Shown here piece after piece: positions 1 through 9,344 of a DNA stretch of 64,000 nt. A program made the position numbers and the translations under genes. Location: the IMG/VR virus record IMGVR_UViG_3300044878_000051, positions 1-64,000 of that record, one strand, 5' to 3'. The notes beneath the pieces are model-generated. The model saw only the letters and a program-made list of their open reading frames with translations. It did no database searches and was not told the origin of the DNA. Numbering within the stretch: the first letter of the stretch is position 1; each line of letters opens with the position of its first letter. The DNA comes from a virus.

Positions 1-333
1 GACTTCACTAACGACATCGCTGTGAAGAACTCCACCATGGTGGTCACCTGTACTCTGAACAACGAGTTCTACGGCAACCAGACTCTGGCCTTCCGTCGTC
101 TGTATGTTCAAGAGATCATCAAGGCCGACACCTACGTTCTGCAAACCGGTGACACCCTCCCGAGCATTCTCGAGATGATCGCCGATCGCTACAAGTTGAT
201 CGCCACTGAACTGGAGTGGGACAACGACGTACTGAACGTTGCGCCGGGTGAAACCAAGCCGTACACCCTGAAGGCCAAGGACGGCAGCTACGTCTACCTT
301 GGTGAGCTGCTGATCCACATCACCAAAAACTAA
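1..333 (+). CDS. 3' part of a probable virion structural protein (begins before window)
   Basis: Frame open from base 1, phage-like codon usage, ends at a bidirectional terminator. Confidence 0.6.
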   Translation, partial: DFTNDIAVKNSTMVVTCTLNNEFYGNQTLAFRRLYVQEIIKADTYVLQTGDTLPSILEMIADRYKLIATELEWDNDVLNVAPGETKPYTLKAKDGSYVYLGELLIHITKN

Positions 334-376
334 GCGCATAAAGAGGCCAGCCCAAAAGGCTGGCCTCTATGCCGTC
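334..376. terminator. Bidirectional hairpin terminator with TATGC(C/G) tails
   Basis: AGAGGCCAGCC/GGCTGGCCTCT stem between convergent genes. Confidence 0.85.
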
Positions 377-378
377 TG

Positions 379-1026
379 TTACAGGAAATGTAACTCCAAG
401 TGCTGTTTAACCAGCTCAAGGTTTTCTACCCACGGGAGTTCAGCGTTGAGCACCAGACTCGAACGACTGGTAATCGGGTGACGCTCCTGGAAGCCCTCAC
501 GAACGAGATTGTGGTAGTCCATACCTTTCTCTTCGATACGGTCCTTAGCACGCCCAGCGTCTGGTTGACGAGCCATAGCAACGGCTGGGTCGATGTCCAA
601 GAACACTACCAAGTCGGGACGGAAGCCCTTAAGGACAGCCTGTTCGATAGCCAGGTAGTCTTTGGTGTCCACTTCGGCATCGGGAACAGCGTGACACTGC
701 ATCGCGTACGAAGAATCGACGTAACGATCACTGAGGACGACGCTACCCAGTTCCAGCTTGGGTTTGATCAGCTCTTCAGTGTGTTGTGCTCGAGCAGCCA
801 TGAAGCCCAACAGTTCAGCCATTGGGTGGAACTTCTCTTCACGTTTCTTGAGCAACACTTCACGGATCTCTTCAGCCAGCGGAGTACCGCCCGGTTCGCG
901 GGTTTCTACCACTTCGTTGGAGATGCGAGTACGCAGCCACTTGGCCACCTCAATACGCATGGTGGTTTTACCGCAGAAGTCTGGGCCTTCAAAGGACGCA
1001 AAGAACGGTTTAACTTTCATCGTCAT
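379..1026 (-). CDS. tmk: Thymidylate (dTMP) kinase
   Basis: FEGPDFCGKTT P-loop, TREPGGT, SDRYVDSSYAMQ, FLDIDP motifs. Confidence 0.95.
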   Translation of the reverse strand: MTMKVKPFFASFEGPDFCGKTTMRIEVAKWLRTRISNEVVETREPGGTPLAEEIREVLLKKREEKFHPMAELLGFMAARAQHTEELIKPKLELGSVVLSDRYVDSSYAMQCHAVPDAEVDTKDYLAIEQAVLKGFRPDLVVFLDIDPAVAMARQPDAGRAKDRIEEKGMDYHNLVREGFQERHPITSRSSLVLNAELPWVENLELVKQHLELHFL

Positions 1027-2368
1027 GGTCAGTTTCCAGGAACATGGTAATGGACGAGTTGGAGGTGTAACGCCTCGCAGCCATCCCTTCCCCTTTCAGG
1101 TGGATAAAGTCTTGCACTTGGGTAACAACACCGAACCGAATCTTCGTGGTGTTATCGTTTTCGTACAGGTACTGAACCGGCATCCCAGGATAGATCAATG
1201 AGCCCTTGGAATGTTCCCACACCGCTTGGACAACCTGTCCCTTACGAGACGAGATCTTCGACAGTGCTGACATCAAGTTCCCAGAGACTTGCTTGGCTGC
1301 TTGTACTACGTGGTTCAGTCCGTTGCCGGCCTCCTCGAACAACACTTCCGTAATGTTCTTACCGCGAGACAAAGTCGTGACGTTGTCTTTGGTCTGACCA
1401 AAGCTTTCGAAGATAGACTTAGCATCCGCAAAACGAATGCCGTTACCTTCGTCTACTTGACGAGCCGTGGACGTGTCAATCGACCGTGTGCCACCCGTGG
1501 TGATGATGATTAACTGGTTGGCAGTTTCACGGTAAGTCCGTTCGATACCCGGCATCCGGTTCTCAGGGATGTTGATCACCGTCAAACCTTTAGGCGAGTC
1601 CTCGAAACGTTGTGTGTTAAAGAGGGGCCATACATACCAAGAGCCTTTGTGTAGATAAAAACCGATCTCGCTGTTGTAGATGCCTCCACACTTGTCTTGT
1701 AGATAGCTAGGTAACGCCATCAACGGAGTACCGTGAGGAATGACGATGTGTGCACGGCGGTCAGTGTTGTCAGCAGGGACGCAATCAATCACGTCAATTG
1801 CCACACCACGTTCCACCGGCATCTCTTGAGCTTCTTTAGCCAAGATCGTCCGCAAGACATCCATCGGCGTACAGTTCTTGAACACTCCACCAGTGGCTAC
1901 GGAACGCAACCATTCAGAGGCAGCATCCACCAACTGGAACTGGACTTTGGTTACGTCACCCAAGTCACCCAACTCCACCGTATCGAGCAGCGGCGAACTG
2001 GATTCCTTAGCGTGTCCACGAGGGTCCATCAACACAGCCGAGTAGGTGATCGTTTCCACCGCCCCGTCAGGGTTGACCGCGTCTTCTACCTCACCGATGT
2101 ACTGGCGTTGAACGATCGCTTGGATCTTGGTTTTCCACGGATAAACTTTCTTGGTCAACGTACCCATACCGAAGACCACTTCCATGACCACCACGTCTGA
2201 GGCGTTTGTCCCGAAGTCCCGCACGATGTCAATCGACAGCAACTTCAAAGGATCAACCTCAGAGCCATCAGGCATCCTGAGTTTCACGCTGTAGTTATAG
2301 TGAACGAGGTTGGCACCGGATTGGGTGATCTTGGTCACCTCGTTCATTATAGTGCTGGTTTCTAACAT
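1010..2368 (-). CDS. Virion structural protein (phiKZ gp101-like, possible baseplate hub)
   Basis: 452 aa beta-rich ORF; synteny with the structural block. Confidence 0.6.
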   Translation of the reverse strand: MLETSTIMNEVTKITQSGANLVHYNYSVKLRMPDGSEVDPLKLLSIDIVRDFGTNASDVVVMEVVFGMGTLTKKVYPWKTKIQAIVQRQYIGEVEDAVNPDGAVETITYSAVLMDPRGHAKESSSPLLDTVELGDLGDVTKVQFQLVDAASEWLRSVATGGVFKNCTPMDVLRTILAKEAQEMPVERGVAIDVIDCVPADNTDRRAHIVIPHGTPLMALPSYLQDKCGGIYNSEIGFYLHKGSWYVWPLFNTQRFEDSPKGLTVINIPENRMPGIERTYRETANQLIIITTGGTRSIDTSTARQVDEGNGIRFADAKSIFESFGQTKDNVTTLSRGKNITEVLFEEAGNGLNHVVQAAKQVSGNLMSALSKISSRKGQVVQAVWEHSKGSLIYPGMPVQYLYENDNTTKIRFGVVTQVQDFIHLKGEGMAARRYTSNSSITMFLETDHDDES

Positions 2369-2940
2369 CAGTAGACTCCACCGCGACGACTAACCTCAGC
2401 AGCAATGACCTGAGCCATTGGACTGTGTTCTTTCGGCACTTCATTCTGAATCTGTTCAGGGGTCGTCAGGTCACGTTTAACGGTGGCCCGACGGTTGATG
2501 CGATCCAAGCTACGGAACAGACGAGAACCGCTAACCTGAGTCGTCATGTGTTGACGTGCCATCGGGTAGATCTCTTTGGCAAACTGATCCAGCAGCCTCA
2601 AGTCTTCCACGGGGACGTCACGACGGTTCGGGTCTTTGGTGACTTCCTCAGTCCAGTCGTTGATGTGTTCCACAATCCACTGGTAGATCTGCTTCGACTC
2701 TTCAGGATGCAACAGGGACAGCGCAGCCCCATCAGCCATGTGCTGAGCCATCTGAGCAACAGTCAGGTTGGCTTTCACAGTAGACTGAAAGGTCTGGGCG
2801 TCAACGTCCGCATCACCAGAGGTGTACAACCCAAATTTCTTAACGTACTCTTGGGAGTACAGGTACATCGCAGGAATCATGCACTCCACAAAGTAGTTGA
2901 AGATTTTGTAGGCGGCTGTGTGATGCGGCTGTTCCATCAT
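2368..2940 (-). CDS. Conserved hypothetical protein (phiKZ gp100-like)
   Basis: Start moved to MMEQPHH, just after the upstream stop; synteny. Confidence 0.6.
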   Translation of the reverse strand: MMEQPHHTAAYKIFNYFVECMIPAMYLYSQEYVKKFGLYTSGDADVDAQTFQSTVKANLTVAQMAQHMADGAALSLLHPEESKQIYQWIVEHINDWTEEVTKDPNRRDVPVEDLRLLDQFAKEIYPMARQHMTTQVSGSRLFRSLDRINRRATVKRDLTTPEQIQNEVPKEHSPMAQVIAAEVSRRGGVY

Positions 2941-2942
2941 GA

Positions 2943-4334
2943 TTAGTAATCTCGCAAAGCAGTTTTGATGAGGATGAACAGAATTGGAATGTAGTAGAAC
3001 CGTTCCAAGTTGTTCCAACGTTTGGCCGTCTGTACCAGATTCAGCAAGGTCGGTTTGTGCATCGACTCGCCATTCAACGCACACAGCACCAAGTGCTCCA
3101 GCTTGGACTGTTCCTGTGGGATGTCTTCATAGAACGCCTTGGACAGCACGTAGAAGTCACCCTTGTTCACTGGATGGATGTCTGGCAACGCCTCGATCCC
3201 CACAGGAGCCTCTGAGGGCGCGTAGTGGAAGCCTTTCAGCTCTTTGCTGACCAACACACGGCGTAGCTCACGATTGCGCGCTATGCCCGGCAGGAGGCGT
3301 CCTGGGACTAGGGGGTCTTGAACCGAGTACTGGGTGTCGACGACTTGGAGGGTCGAACGATCCATCGGGTACACAACATCCTGAATCCCGCTGTAATAGA
3401 TGCCATCAAACATGGCCGCTTCTGTGAACAGACTCGAAGGCGACAGACCAGCCGTTTGGAAGCACAGCTCACGGATGTCTGGGTTCAGTGTGGTCAGACA
3501 CGTCCAGAGGTTGTGTTCCTTGTAGCGGACGTTACCATCCACGTTCAAGGCCCGGATCTTCATGATGGTGTTGTTGTCGCTGTTGTTCAGGATCGACAGC
3601 AAACCAATCACCATGAATGGATCGTAGGTGATGTTGACCTGGTTCGGAACGATCAGGGTCGCGTACTCGATGTTGAAGAAGTCCGCCAGATACTGGAACA
3701 ACAGATTACCGTAACCGGCATTCAGTTGTGCGATCTGATCGAAGTCCGAAGACGCCATGACCGGGTTCTGACCGTGGTGAATAAAGTCCCGTACGAACAC
3801 GGACTCCTTCACAACTTTCTTGGCCAAGTCATTCTTGTATTCAGACGTCAGGTAGTCACGCAGGGTGTAGTCGATCTGGTAGCAGGTGTCTTTGAAGATC
3901 GCTTTCTTTTCAGTCCGCGTAATCGTAAACACGCCCACACGCCCGTCACCAATGTCAGCGAGGAACACGTCCCCGTTGTTTGGCTTGACCCCTGGGTACA
4001 ACGTCGCCGAACCCGTGACAATCGCGTTCCGGTTGTTGTCGTCTTGTTGATAGCCCAGTTCAGTCTGGACTTTCATCTCCAAGTGACGCACCAAACGGTA
4101 CTGTTGGTACACGGCCTGCTGGTTGAGTTGCAGGTCGGAGGTTTCGTTGTCGACGTCCAGCACCTGTTGGTAGTAGTCGACTGTCCAACTGGCGCCTTCA
4201 ATGTGAGTCAACAGACTCGACATCGGGATGTAACGAGTGTCCACCACCGCGTTACGAACTTCAGCCGCAATCGCCGTTGGTTCGACTGGGACTTCCTTAG
4301 GCGGGACGGTGGGTTTAGTATTCAAGATGGGCAT
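2943..4334 (-). CDS. Virion structural protein (phiKZ gp99-like)
   Basis: 463 aa ORF, tightly coupled operon, synteny. Confidence 0.6.
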   Translation of the reverse strand: MPILNTKPTVPPKEVPVEPTAIAAEVRNAVVDTRYIPMSSLLTHIEGASWTVDYYQQVLDVDNETSDLQLNQQAVYQQYRLVRHLEMKVQTELGYQQDDNNRNAIVTGSATLYPGVKPNNGDVFLADIGDGRVGVFTITRTEKKAIFKDTCYQIDYTLRDYLTSEYKNDLAKKVVKESVFVRDFIHHGQNPVMASSDFDQIAQLNAGYGNLLFQYLADFFNIEYATLIVPNQVNITYDPFMVIGLLSILNNSDNNTIMKIRALNVDGNVRYKEHNLWTCLTTLNPDIRELCFQTAGLSPSSLFTEAAMFDGIYYSGIQDVVYPMDRSTLQVVDTQYSVQDPLVPGRLLPGIARNRELRRVLVSKELKGFHYAPSEAPVGIEALPDIHPVNKGDFYVLSKAFYEDIPQEQSKLEHLVLCALNGESMHKPTLLNLVQTAKRWNNLERFYYIPILFILIKTALRDY

Positions 4335-5837
4335 TTACTTGTCCCTCCTAGCAATGATGCCTGTGGCACCCACGGTGAAGAAACGACGTGACTGATCACG
4401 CTTACCTTTGTTAATCAGATCCCACAGCCAATCCTTCGGAATCAACTGACCCCCGATGACGGGAATGTTGTCCACCCGAGGGTAGAGTGTACGGATCAAT
4501 TCGATCGCAAAAGGCGGGTCCTTACGAATCCGGTCAATGGCTTCTTTGGTCAAGATACTCAAGTCCGTCACCAGACACAGACGCAAGTGTTGCACGTCAC
4601 GCAGAGTCAGGTCATACGAACTACGGACATTCAAGTCAGCATCCATCAACACCGTTTTATCCGGCATCGGTTTGTCCCAACGGTACAGTTGGAAGTTGAA
4701 CACCGACTGGGTGTACTTACTGATGAACGGGGCTTCCTTAATGAGGAAGTGTAACGTCGCAGGAGAGAACTCGAAGTCACCGAGGTTACTCAGGTTCACC
4801 ATGTCACGCGGATCGTTTTCATCCACACCCAACAGTAGTTCCAACACCGGGGCGGTACGGGGTGGAGTCCAGTTCGGCATCCAATCGTCAATCGCGGGAA
4901 TCCGATTGCGGGCCAACGGTTGTACACGCTCCTTATACAGTCGAGTGTAGTAGTCCATCAGGAAGCGTTCGTTAGACGGACGACGTGCACGGTTAGCCAG
5001 TTCGTAAACCGGGACAGTAGGACGGAACCGCTCATCCACCATCTGGTTGTGAATAGCCACAGGGTAGTGAGCCATTACAGCGACCACCTTGTCGTACATG
5101 AAGGTGTAGTCGAATCCTGTTTCCCATGGGGCCCCTTCGCCAGCCTTCGAACCTTTGTCGGGTTGAGCCACGAAGTTAAAGCCGCCTACGATGCTCGCCT
5201 GACGTTCTGCGATCGCCAACAGGGGTTGGGTTCCTGCTTGCGTCCGAAGCGTTGTAGCGCGTCCTGAGATGTGTTCCTGCACCCATTGCTCTAGCGTCTC
5301 ACCGTAACCTGCGACTGCTTCACGCATTTCGTAGATTTGGTGGAGGATCAGAGCAATGGAGTCCGGGATTGGGTAATGGTAGTCGATCTCGTGTAACAGT
5401 TCTGCACGCCCTTGTGAGGAACGTACCCGGAACTCGTCTCGCCACTTCTCTGCTTGGGTTCTGTCCTGAGCACGGTAACGGAACGAGATAGTTACTTCAC
5501 AAGAAACGTAGACAGGCTTAACGAACACATCGAGGCGTTGGTCGTAGAAGACGAACTGAACGTTGTCTTTCTTTACCGCTGAGGTCAGCGTACGGTCTTC
5601 GATGTACTGCTCGTCAGCTTCGATGTTGATGCGACCATTGAACGGGAACTTGTTCTGGATGCCGTTATCAGTCAGTGTGGTTTGAGGTTGGAATTGAGAC
5701 TCGGCCATGCCGAAGAACTCAAAGCCAGTGTCATGCGGAAGACGCATGATCTCAATCAACTGTTTCGCTACCTGAGTAATGGCTGGGCGCGTAATCGAGC
5801 TATACGTTTCTGGAAGTTCAACAACGATGTTAGGCAT
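4335..5837 (-). CDS. Virion structural protein (phiKZ gp98-like)
   Basis: ~500 aa ORF; start MPNIVVELP follows a GGAG RBS; synteny. Confidence 0.6.
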   Translation of the reverse strand: MPNIVVELPETYSSITRPAITQVAKQLIEIMRLPHDTGFEFFGMAESQFQPQTTLTDNGIQNKFPFNGRINIEADEQYIEDRTLTSAVKKDNVQFVFYDQRLDVFVKPVYVSCEVTISFRYRAQDRTQAEKWRDEFRVRSSQGRAELLHEIDYHYPIPDSIALILHQIYEMREAVAGYGETLEQWVQEHISGRATTLRTQAGTQPLLAIAERQASIVGGFNFVAQPDKGSKAGEGAPWETGFDYTFMYDKVVAVMAHYPVAIHNQMVDERFRPTVPVYELANRARRPSNERFLMDYYTRLYKERVQPLARNRIPAIDDWMPNWTPPRTAPVLELLLGVDENDPRDMVNLSNLGDFEFSPATLHFLIKEAPFISKYTQSVFNFQLYRWDKPMPDKTVLMDADLNVRSSYDLTLRDVQHLRLCLVTDLSILTKEAIDRIRKDPPFAIELIRTLYPRVDNIPVIGGQLIPKDWLWDLINKGKRDQSRRFFTVGATGIIARRDK

Positions 5838-5868
5838 GTCAAAGCTCCAGTAAATGATCATAAGATAA

Positions 5869-5902
5869 ACGGCATAAAGCCCTGAGGCGTTAACCTCAGG
5901 GC
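5869..5902 (-). terminator. Hairpin terminator with TTTATGCCGT tail
   Basis: GCCCTGAGG/CCTCAGGGC perfect stem. Confidence 0.85.
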
Positions 5903-5908
5903 GATTGC

Positions 5909-6358
5909 TTAGCTCAGGCTGGTACGACCTTCTTCCAAGTCGATCAATGCTTGCTTGACCATTCTGGCGTGTTGTACGCGACGTGTGCGGCGGTGCAGGG
6001 CATCAATAGCTTTACCGATGTGGTGGAGAGCTTCGTCGTTCTCGATACAAGGGAACTGACCTGCTTCAAACCCTTGGACACGATGCTCACAGATTGCCAA
6101 CAACGATTCGAGGGTTACGCCGTTGGTTGGGACGTGAGGGTCTTGTTCCCCGTTAACAAACAGGATATTCAGTTTCTCTGCTGGCGGCAGATAGAACTTG
6201 TCAACATACGGCTCCAAGTAACGGAGGTCGTTGAAGTTGGTATCGAAACCACTGATGTCGTAACGGTGATGTAAGTTCGTGGCTCCTGGGAGATCCACTA
6301 CCTCAATGGTAAGGTTGTGAGGATCATCGGAGGACACTACGTGTCTGCTTAATTGCAT
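5909..6358 (-). CDS. tad1: Tad1-like nucleotide-signal sponge (anti-Thoeris/CBASS family)
   Basis: PG..HHRY, F.NG.......NGVT.ESLL.I...R.QGF.AGQFPC.EN..AL......I..LHRR matches the Tad1 family pattern as recalled. Confidence 0.75.
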   Translation of the reverse strand: MQLSRHVVSSDDPHNLTIEVVDLPGATNLHHRYDISGFDTNFNDLRYLEPYVDKFYLPPAEKLNILFVNGEQDPHVPTNGVTLESLLAICEHRVQGFEAGQFPCIENDEALHHIGKAIDALHRRTRRVQHARMVKQALIDLEEGRTSLS

Positions 6359-6421
6359 ATAAAAACCCTTAGACGGAATGACAGAGCATTTTAAAGACAT
6401 TAGATACAACGGATCGGTAAG

Positions 6422-6462
6422 AAAAAACCAAAAAAAAACACTGCTAGACAAGCCAGTGTTTT
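6422..6462 (-). terminator. Intrinsic terminator
   Basis: AAAACACTG/CAGTGTTTT stem plus long T tract on the minus strand. Confidence 0.7.
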
Positions 6463-6473
6463 CTTGGTGTTAC

Positions 6474-6983
6474 TTATTCTTCTTCAACGAAGCCACGGTT
6501 CTCGCTGGTACCGTCACCGAGTATGCGAGCGACCATTTGGTCGAACTGAATCGCCATCAGTTGACTTGGGGTCATCGCTTGGAACGCGTTCAGGTCCAAA
6601 CCGTAGTTGGCGTCAGGACGGATGTTCAGAACCATCACACGGTCTTGACCGTTTGGTACGACACCGAAGGCCTGTGCGCCAGGGGAAGCCATGATGCCGT
6701 AGCCACCGTACACTTGGTGCGGCTGGCGCATGTACTGCGGTTGTGCAGGCGGCTGTTGCATCTGTTCTTGCAGCGCCTTCATCATGGCCAGAGTGACCGG
6801 CTCGACGAGCAGGGTGTAACCTTTGCCGGCTTCCAGCAGAGCGCCGAACTCCGGGTTGATCTTGGTCACTGCTTTGACCACACGTTCGAACGGCGTTTGC
6901 AATTGACGCTTGTCGAAGATCGCACCGTGAACCAGGTTAGCCATTGGAACGATTGGGGTTTGCTTTACATCAGACATTTGCAT
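6474..6983 (-). CDS. Hypothetical protein with Q/P-rich central linker
   Basis: 169 aa ORF in early operon. Confidence 0.7.
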   Translation of the reverse strand: MQMSDVKQTPIVPMANLVHGAIFDKRQLQTPFERVVKAVTKINPEFGALLEAGKGYTLLVEPVTLAMMKALQEQMQQPPAQPQYMRQPHQVYGGYGIMASPGAQAFGVVPNGQDRVMVLNIRPDANYGLDLNAFQAMTPSQLMAIQFDQMVARILGDGTSENRGFVEEE

Positions 6984-7010
6984 ACTCTCTTGAGTGGGTG
7001 TTGCGAAGGG

Positions 7011-7319
7011 TTATTTTTTAAAGTCTGGGGGTACAGCTATTCGCTGCTGGCGAATCCAACGGTACACGAAAGCCCGCTGAATCCAACCACCTACGAAGTT
7101 TGCAGCAAACAGCGGAACGAGTGCCATAGCGCCGAAGTAACCGGCAGCTACCATCAGCAACACAGTGCCCGCTGTGAACTTGTAGCGGTGAGGACAGGTA
7201 CTCACGATGAACTTCAAAGGGCGTTCATCACCCTTGCGTTCAAACAGCCAGATGCCTCGTGTCAGCATGATAAAGCCCACGAAGAACCAGAGGTAGATCA
7301 CAGCTTCAAAGTAAATCAT
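7011..7319 (-). CDS. Small membrane protein
   Basis: 2-3 hydrophobic segments; start MIYFEAV follows GGAG. Confidence 0.7.
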   Translation of the reverse strand: MIYFEAVIYLWFFVGFIMLTRGIWLFERKGDERPLKFIVSTCPHRYKFTAGTVLLMVAAGYFGAMALVPLFAANFVGGWIQRAFVYRWIRQQRIAVPPDFKK

Positions 7320-7343
7320 GTTGTTCTCCACAGAACTGTTGGA

Positions 7344-7628
7344 TTAACGAGCGGTACCACCGAAGGCCACGATAGCGTCGAACACTGGGTACAGGTTCTC
7401 AGCCACGTTCTTTTCTGCTTTAGCGGCAGCAGCCGGACCCATCTTGCTCAGACGCTTGGCCAGATCAGTCAGGCCACGCAGCAGCTCAGCGGTCAGTTCA
7501 CGAGTAGCGAAGTACTCATTGAAAGGAACGCCTTCGATCAGGATGGTGGTCTCGTCAACGATCTCGTATTGGATCTGAGTCAGGGAAGCTTCAACAGCAA
7601 AGTTTTCAACGGAATTCGAAATGCGCAT
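7344..7628 (-). CDS. Hypothetical protein
   Basis: 94 aa ORF with GGAG RBS. Confidence 0.75.
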   Translation of the reverse strand: MRISNSVENFAVEASLTQIQYEIVDETTILIEGVPFNEYFATRELTAELLRGLTDLAKRLSKMGPAAAAKAEKNVAENLYPVFDAIVAFGGTAR

Positions 7629-7669
7629 GATGTGTTCTCCATAGAACGAAAGATTAGGGGTGTTACAGT

Positions 7670-7831
7670 TTACTTCAACAGCGCCATAGCGTCAGCCAGT
7701 TTCTGGTCGGCACTACGGTTGTCTTTCTCCTGAGCCTTGAGTTCGGCTTCGGATTGCTTCAGAGCTTCACGACCTTTCGCCAAGTGTTGAGCGAGGTTAG
7801 GGTTGTGTACACCGTATTGAAGATTCGACAT
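7670..7831 (-). CDS. 53-aa helical early protein, missing from the ORF track (MSNLQYGVHNPNLAQHLAKGREALKQSEAELKAQEKDNRSADQKLADAMALLK)
   Basis: Translated by hand; GGAG RBS; first gene after an early promoter. Confidence 0.75.
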   Translation of the reverse strand: MSNLQYGVHNPNLAQHLAKGREALKQSEAELKAQEKDNRSADQKLADAMALLK

Positions 7832-7859
7832 GTTAGACTCCAGAGATTATTCTAGTGTA

Positions 7860-7892
7860 TTCACCAAAGTAATATATACTTGAGATTTTTTT
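7860..7892 (-). promoter_or_regulatory. Early (virion RNAP) promoter
   Basis: TATATTAC at 7876-7869, then N5-TGAA; phiKZ-type early consensus. Confidence 0.85.
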
Positions 7893-7906
7893 AATTCAGA
7901 TTACAC

Positions 7907-7943
7907 GGGGCATAAAAGCCCACCCCGAAGGATGGGCTTTTAT
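7907..7943 (-). terminator. Terminator with TTTTATGCC tail
   Basis: ATAAAAGCCCA/TGGGCTTTTAT stem. Confidence 0.85.
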
Positions 7944-7972
7944 TAGACTGACGGTAAGTCAGACTTCAAGAA

Positions 7973-9268
7973 TTACTTCTTGCCGTCTTTCTTGTCGTCT
8001 TTTACCGGAGCCTTGGCGCCGAGCGAACGCTCTACCAGGGTCAGGGCAGCGCGAACGGCGCTGAAGCCAGCGTTGTTCACTTGCAGCAGTGGACGGGTCA
8101 GGTCCTTGGTCGCACGGCGCATGCCCATGTTGACCTTGGCCTGGGACCAGGCTTTACCCAGCTTGCCGGTTTCAGCAGCTTTCACGAAGGTCTCGGTTTG
8201 AGCCAGGGCCTTGTCGCGAGCGCTTTCCAGCTTGGTCAGGTAAGTACCTTTCGCCATCAGGGTGGTGACGATGCTGTCGCAGTAGTCCAGGGTCTTCTTC
8301 AGGTCGTTGCCGCTTGGGGTGTCGATTTCGACGCCTTCAGCAGTGTTGTGCTTCTTACGACCCAGGGTCAGAGTGGCGCGCTCAGCAGCTTCGCCGGCAG
8401 GAGTTTGCGTACCGCTGTCAACGGTGAAGTACCAGCCGCCCAGAGCTTCTTTCGAACGCTGGGAAACTTTGGTAGCCACGGTGGTGAACTCGGCATCGGC
8501 CTTTTCGACGGCGCTATTGATAGCGGCTTCTTCCAGGGCGTTCTGAGTTTTCGGGTCGCTCAGCAGAGCACCCCAGTGAGCGTAGTACTTCTCGGCAGCG
8601 TTGACCACTTCCGACCAGGAGTCTTCAACCATCGGAACCAGAACGGCGAAACCGTTGTTGATCGACGCGATGTCCGACTTGCCCTGATAGTTCAGGACGT
8701 CAGGGCTTGGAACCTTGACTTTGCCTTCGCCGGTGTGGCCGTCTTTCAGGCGGGACTTCAGGCCTTCAACGCGACCTTTCAGCTTCTTGGCACCGCCGAT
8801 CAGCTTGGCGAAGAAGTTCTTGACCGCAGCGATGGCTTTCATCACGGCGTTCTTGATGGCCTGCCAGATTTTCTTGACGGTTTCCTTGATGCCTTCCATC
8901 GAGATGGTGGTGGCAGCAGCTTGACCGCTCGCGCCGCCGAAGGATTCCAGCGAAGGAGTGATCGAGGAAACAGACAGACCCAGGCGACGGGTGTAGCCGT
9001 TCACGGCGTGTTGCATGAACAGAGCTGCCTGAGGGTTCAGACCGCCGTCTTCCATGCACGCTTCCATCGAGGCGCAGATGCTTTCCAGGCCTTCGGAGAT
9101 GTCGCCCAGTTCGGCAACGTCGTCGGAACCCTGCTCGGCTTCGGCGTAGGATTCGGCGGTTTCAGCGATTTCCTGCTCAACGGTGTCGTCTGGGGAAACA
9201 ACCAGCTCGGTGTCGAACAGAGCGTCGTCTTCCATTGAGACGAACAGGGCTTTCAAAGAAGTAGACAT
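7973..9268 (-). CDS. Internal head (ejection) protein, phiKZ gp93-97 paralog family
   Basis: Acidic propeptide with repeated S/G-x-E sites (SME, GLE, SLE, ISME), followed by KIWQAIKNAV..VKNFF; strongly biased codons. Confidence 0.8.
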   Translation of the reverse strand: MSTSLKALFVSMEDDALFDTELVVSPDDTVEQEIAETAESYAEAEQGSDDVAELGDISEGLESICASMEACMEDGGLNPQAALFMQHAVNGYTRRLGLSVSSITPSLESFGGASGQAAATTISMEGIKETVKKIWQAIKNAVMKAIAAVKNFFAKLIGGAKKLKGRVEGLKSRLKDGHTGEGKVKVPSPDVLNYQGKSDIASINNGFAVLVPMVEDSWSEVVNAAEKYYAHWGALLSDPKTQNALEEAAINSAVEKADAEFTTVATKVSQRSKEALGGWYFTVDSGTQTPAGEAAERATLTLGRKKHNTAEGVEIDTPSGNDLKKTLDYCDSIVTTLMAKGTYLTKLESARDKALAQTETFVKAAETGKLGKAWSQAKVNMGMRRATKDLTRPLLQVNNAGFSAVRAALTLVERSLGAKAPVKDDKKDGKK

Positions 9269-9344
9269 CAGGAGAACTCCATAAACAATTGTTTGATGCA
9301 ATGATTGCACATGTGCATAACATACACACAGTCAGGGGTAAAGC

